The notes below the pieces were generated by a model. The model did no database searches, was not told the origin of the DNA, and saw only the letters and a program-made list of their open reading frames with translations. A stretch of 64,000 nucleotides of DNA, taken from the NCBI GenBank assembly GCA_046483795.1, contig JAWOCM010000053.1, positions 203 to 64,202 on the forward strand, given 5' to 3'. Source of the DNA: Desulfuromonadales bacterium (GTDB taxonomy: Bacteria > Desulfobacterota > Desulfuromonadia > Desulfuromonadales > JAWOCM01). Both the position numbers and the translations under genes were made by a program. Of the stretch, positions 62,904-64,000 are shown piece by piece. Each line of letters opens with the position of its first letter. Position 1 is the stretch's first letter.

Positions 62904-63188
62904 TCAAGTCGTGAAGGTCAGGCAGTCCGGCTCATCCCCCTTCATGCCGATTCGAACATTGGAAGCGGTGCATTCGTAATCAGTGTTGTGGGAACATTCG
63001 TAGGACTTGCAGGCTCCGACGCCTGCAGTCATATCCATGACGCCGCCGTTACCGGGCGCCTCCAAATAGGTATCGCAGGAGGGATCGTCGGGTGCGTCGC
63101 CGATTGTGATCGCCATGGCGTGGCACTCTTTTTCATTGTTGTACGCACAACCGTCAACCGAGCAGTCCATTACTTTGGGCATTTCCAT
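62904..63188 (-). CDS. DUF1540 domain protein (duplicated Cys-rich module)
   Basis: 94 aa with two copies of C..C.YN....C.A..I.I-like modules (CSVDGCAYNNEKECHAMAITIG and CKSYECSHNTDYECTASNVRIG). The RBS is GGGAGGA. Confidence 0.7.
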   Translation of the reverse strand: MEMPKVMDCSVDGCAYNNEKECHAMAITIGDAPDDPSCDTYLEAPGNGGVMDMTAGVGACKSYECSHNTDYECTASNVRIGMKGDEPDCLTFTT

Positions 63189-63444
63189 AATTGTATCCTC
63201 CCTTCGGTTTGAATGTTCCGGAAACCATCCCGAGGAAAAAGATTATCGAGACAGGCGAGAGTGTCAAGTCCGCTTCCATTTCAATCTCTTTAATTTGCGA
63301 CTGGGAGTTCCGGATTCCGCGGAGGGAGCTTTGGCCTCTTGATTTTTCCCCCTCACCCCTTATAGTTTGCCACCAATCTGTATTACAAGAGAAGATGACG
63401 GCGACGCTGAACGAAACAAGAAAGATGGAAGGCTGACCTGACCC

Positions 63445-63786
63445 GTGCACGAAGTCGGAATCACCAAGAGCATCATCGAAATCGCCGAACGGCATGCCCG
63501 GCAGGAAGAGGCCGGAAGCATCGCCTCCGTGACCGTCGATATCGGAAGCCTCTCCGGCGTCGTTCCCGAAGCGGTCGAATTCTGCTTTGAAGCGTGCACG
63601 GCCGGCACCATGGCTGAAGGAGCGCGGCTGATTGTCAGGCGCATCCAGGGTCGGGGCCTTTGCCGGGAGTGTCGGCACGAATTCGATCTGGACACTTTCA
63701 CGTTTGCCTGTCCCGAATGCGCAGGTTTTGCCGTAGAGCGGCTGTGCGGCGAAGAGTTGCGCATCAGCGAAATGGAGATTGACTGA
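63445..63786 (+). CDS. hypA: Hydrogenase nickel-insertion protein HypA
   Basis: 113 aa with a GTG start. MHEVGITKSIIEI and the zinc motifs CRECRHEF...CPECAG. Confidence 0.92.
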   Translation: MHEVGITKSIIEIAERHARQEEAGSIASVTVDIGSLSGVVPEAVEFCFEACTAGTMAEGARLIVRRIQGRGLCRECRHEFDLDTFTFACPECAGFAVERLCGEELRISEMEID

Positions 63787-63787
63787 C

Positions 63788-64000
63788 ATGTGTATTGACT
63801 GCGGCTGTGCCACCCATCACGATCACGACCATGACCACACCCACGATCACCAGGGACGTACCCTCAGCATCGAGGAAAATCTGCTGGCCAAGAACGACCG
63901 ATTGGCGAAACGCAACAGGGCGTTGTTCGACGACAGGGAGATGTTCGTCCTCAATCTGGTCAGTTCCCCCGGTTCCGGCAAGACCTCACTCCTGGAACGG
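63788..64000 (+). CDS. hypB: Hydrogenase nickel-incorporation GTPase HypB, N-terminal fragment
   Basis: MCIDCGCATHHDHDHDHTHDH (His-rich, CxxCGC) and the P-loop SSPGSGKTSLLE. It runs off the window end. Confidence 0.92.
   Translation, partial: MCIDCGCATHHDHDHDHTHDHQGRTLSIEENLLAKNDRLAKRNRALFDDREMFVLNLVSSPGSGKTSLLER

Overview
This is a gene-dense, GC-rich (about 60% by eye) chromosomal window. I found no rRNA, tRNA, CRISPR, transposase or integrase genes. The gene content suggests a Desulfuromonadales/Geobacter-like deltaproteobacterium, but that is inference only; it rests on an SfrBA-like oxidoreductase, a 7-haem cytochrome c with a Rieske/cytochrome b6-type complex, HDOD and GGDEF-EAL signalling, and GTAGGGGCG-type REP hairpins.

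Gene order:
- UPF0182 fragment, then polX-ligA, ppa and ppsA.
- A TetR-controlled RND efflux operon (MFP, RND pump, NodT outer-membrane factor).
- An HDOD histidine kinase with a REC-PAS-GGDEF-EAL regulator.
- copA-copB.
- 7-haem cytochrome c, Rieske protein, cytochrome b and a PCYCGC-like protein.
- plsY, mltG and a REC/J-like/TPR protein.
- An arsenic cluster: arsR, gapdh, arsJ, acr3, an ArsP-type permease, two thioredoxin-like genes and ccdA.
- mobA, a Mo/W ABC transporter and moeA.
- A czcCBA-type operon led by a small His/Cys-rich secreted protein.
- mucR/ros, then the sfrB/sfrA-like pair.
- A lipoprotein, grx and a haem-c DUF3365-HAMP-PAS sensor.
- nudix, rpe, rsmB, htpX, DUF116, fmt and def.
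- Small genes, then hypA and hypB.

I cannot demonstrate a clear-cut novel system from sequence alone. The strongest leads are:
1. A family of paired-hairpin REP-like elements with compensatory stem changes. Each sits within a few nt of the upstream stop codon, and they fill three consecutive intergenic gaps of the ars cluster.
2. Duplicated ATCCGC-N4-GCGGAT palindromes flanking arsR.
3. An arsC-less ars cluster fused to a permease/thioredoxin/CcdA redox module.
4. copAB next to an atypical Rieske/cyt b/7-haem cluster.
5. A response regulator carrying an HPD-less J-like domain.
6. An 18-bp tandem repeat encoding a His/acidic tract in the CzcB-like adaptor.

Many long ORFs in the track are antisense shadow frames and were rejected.
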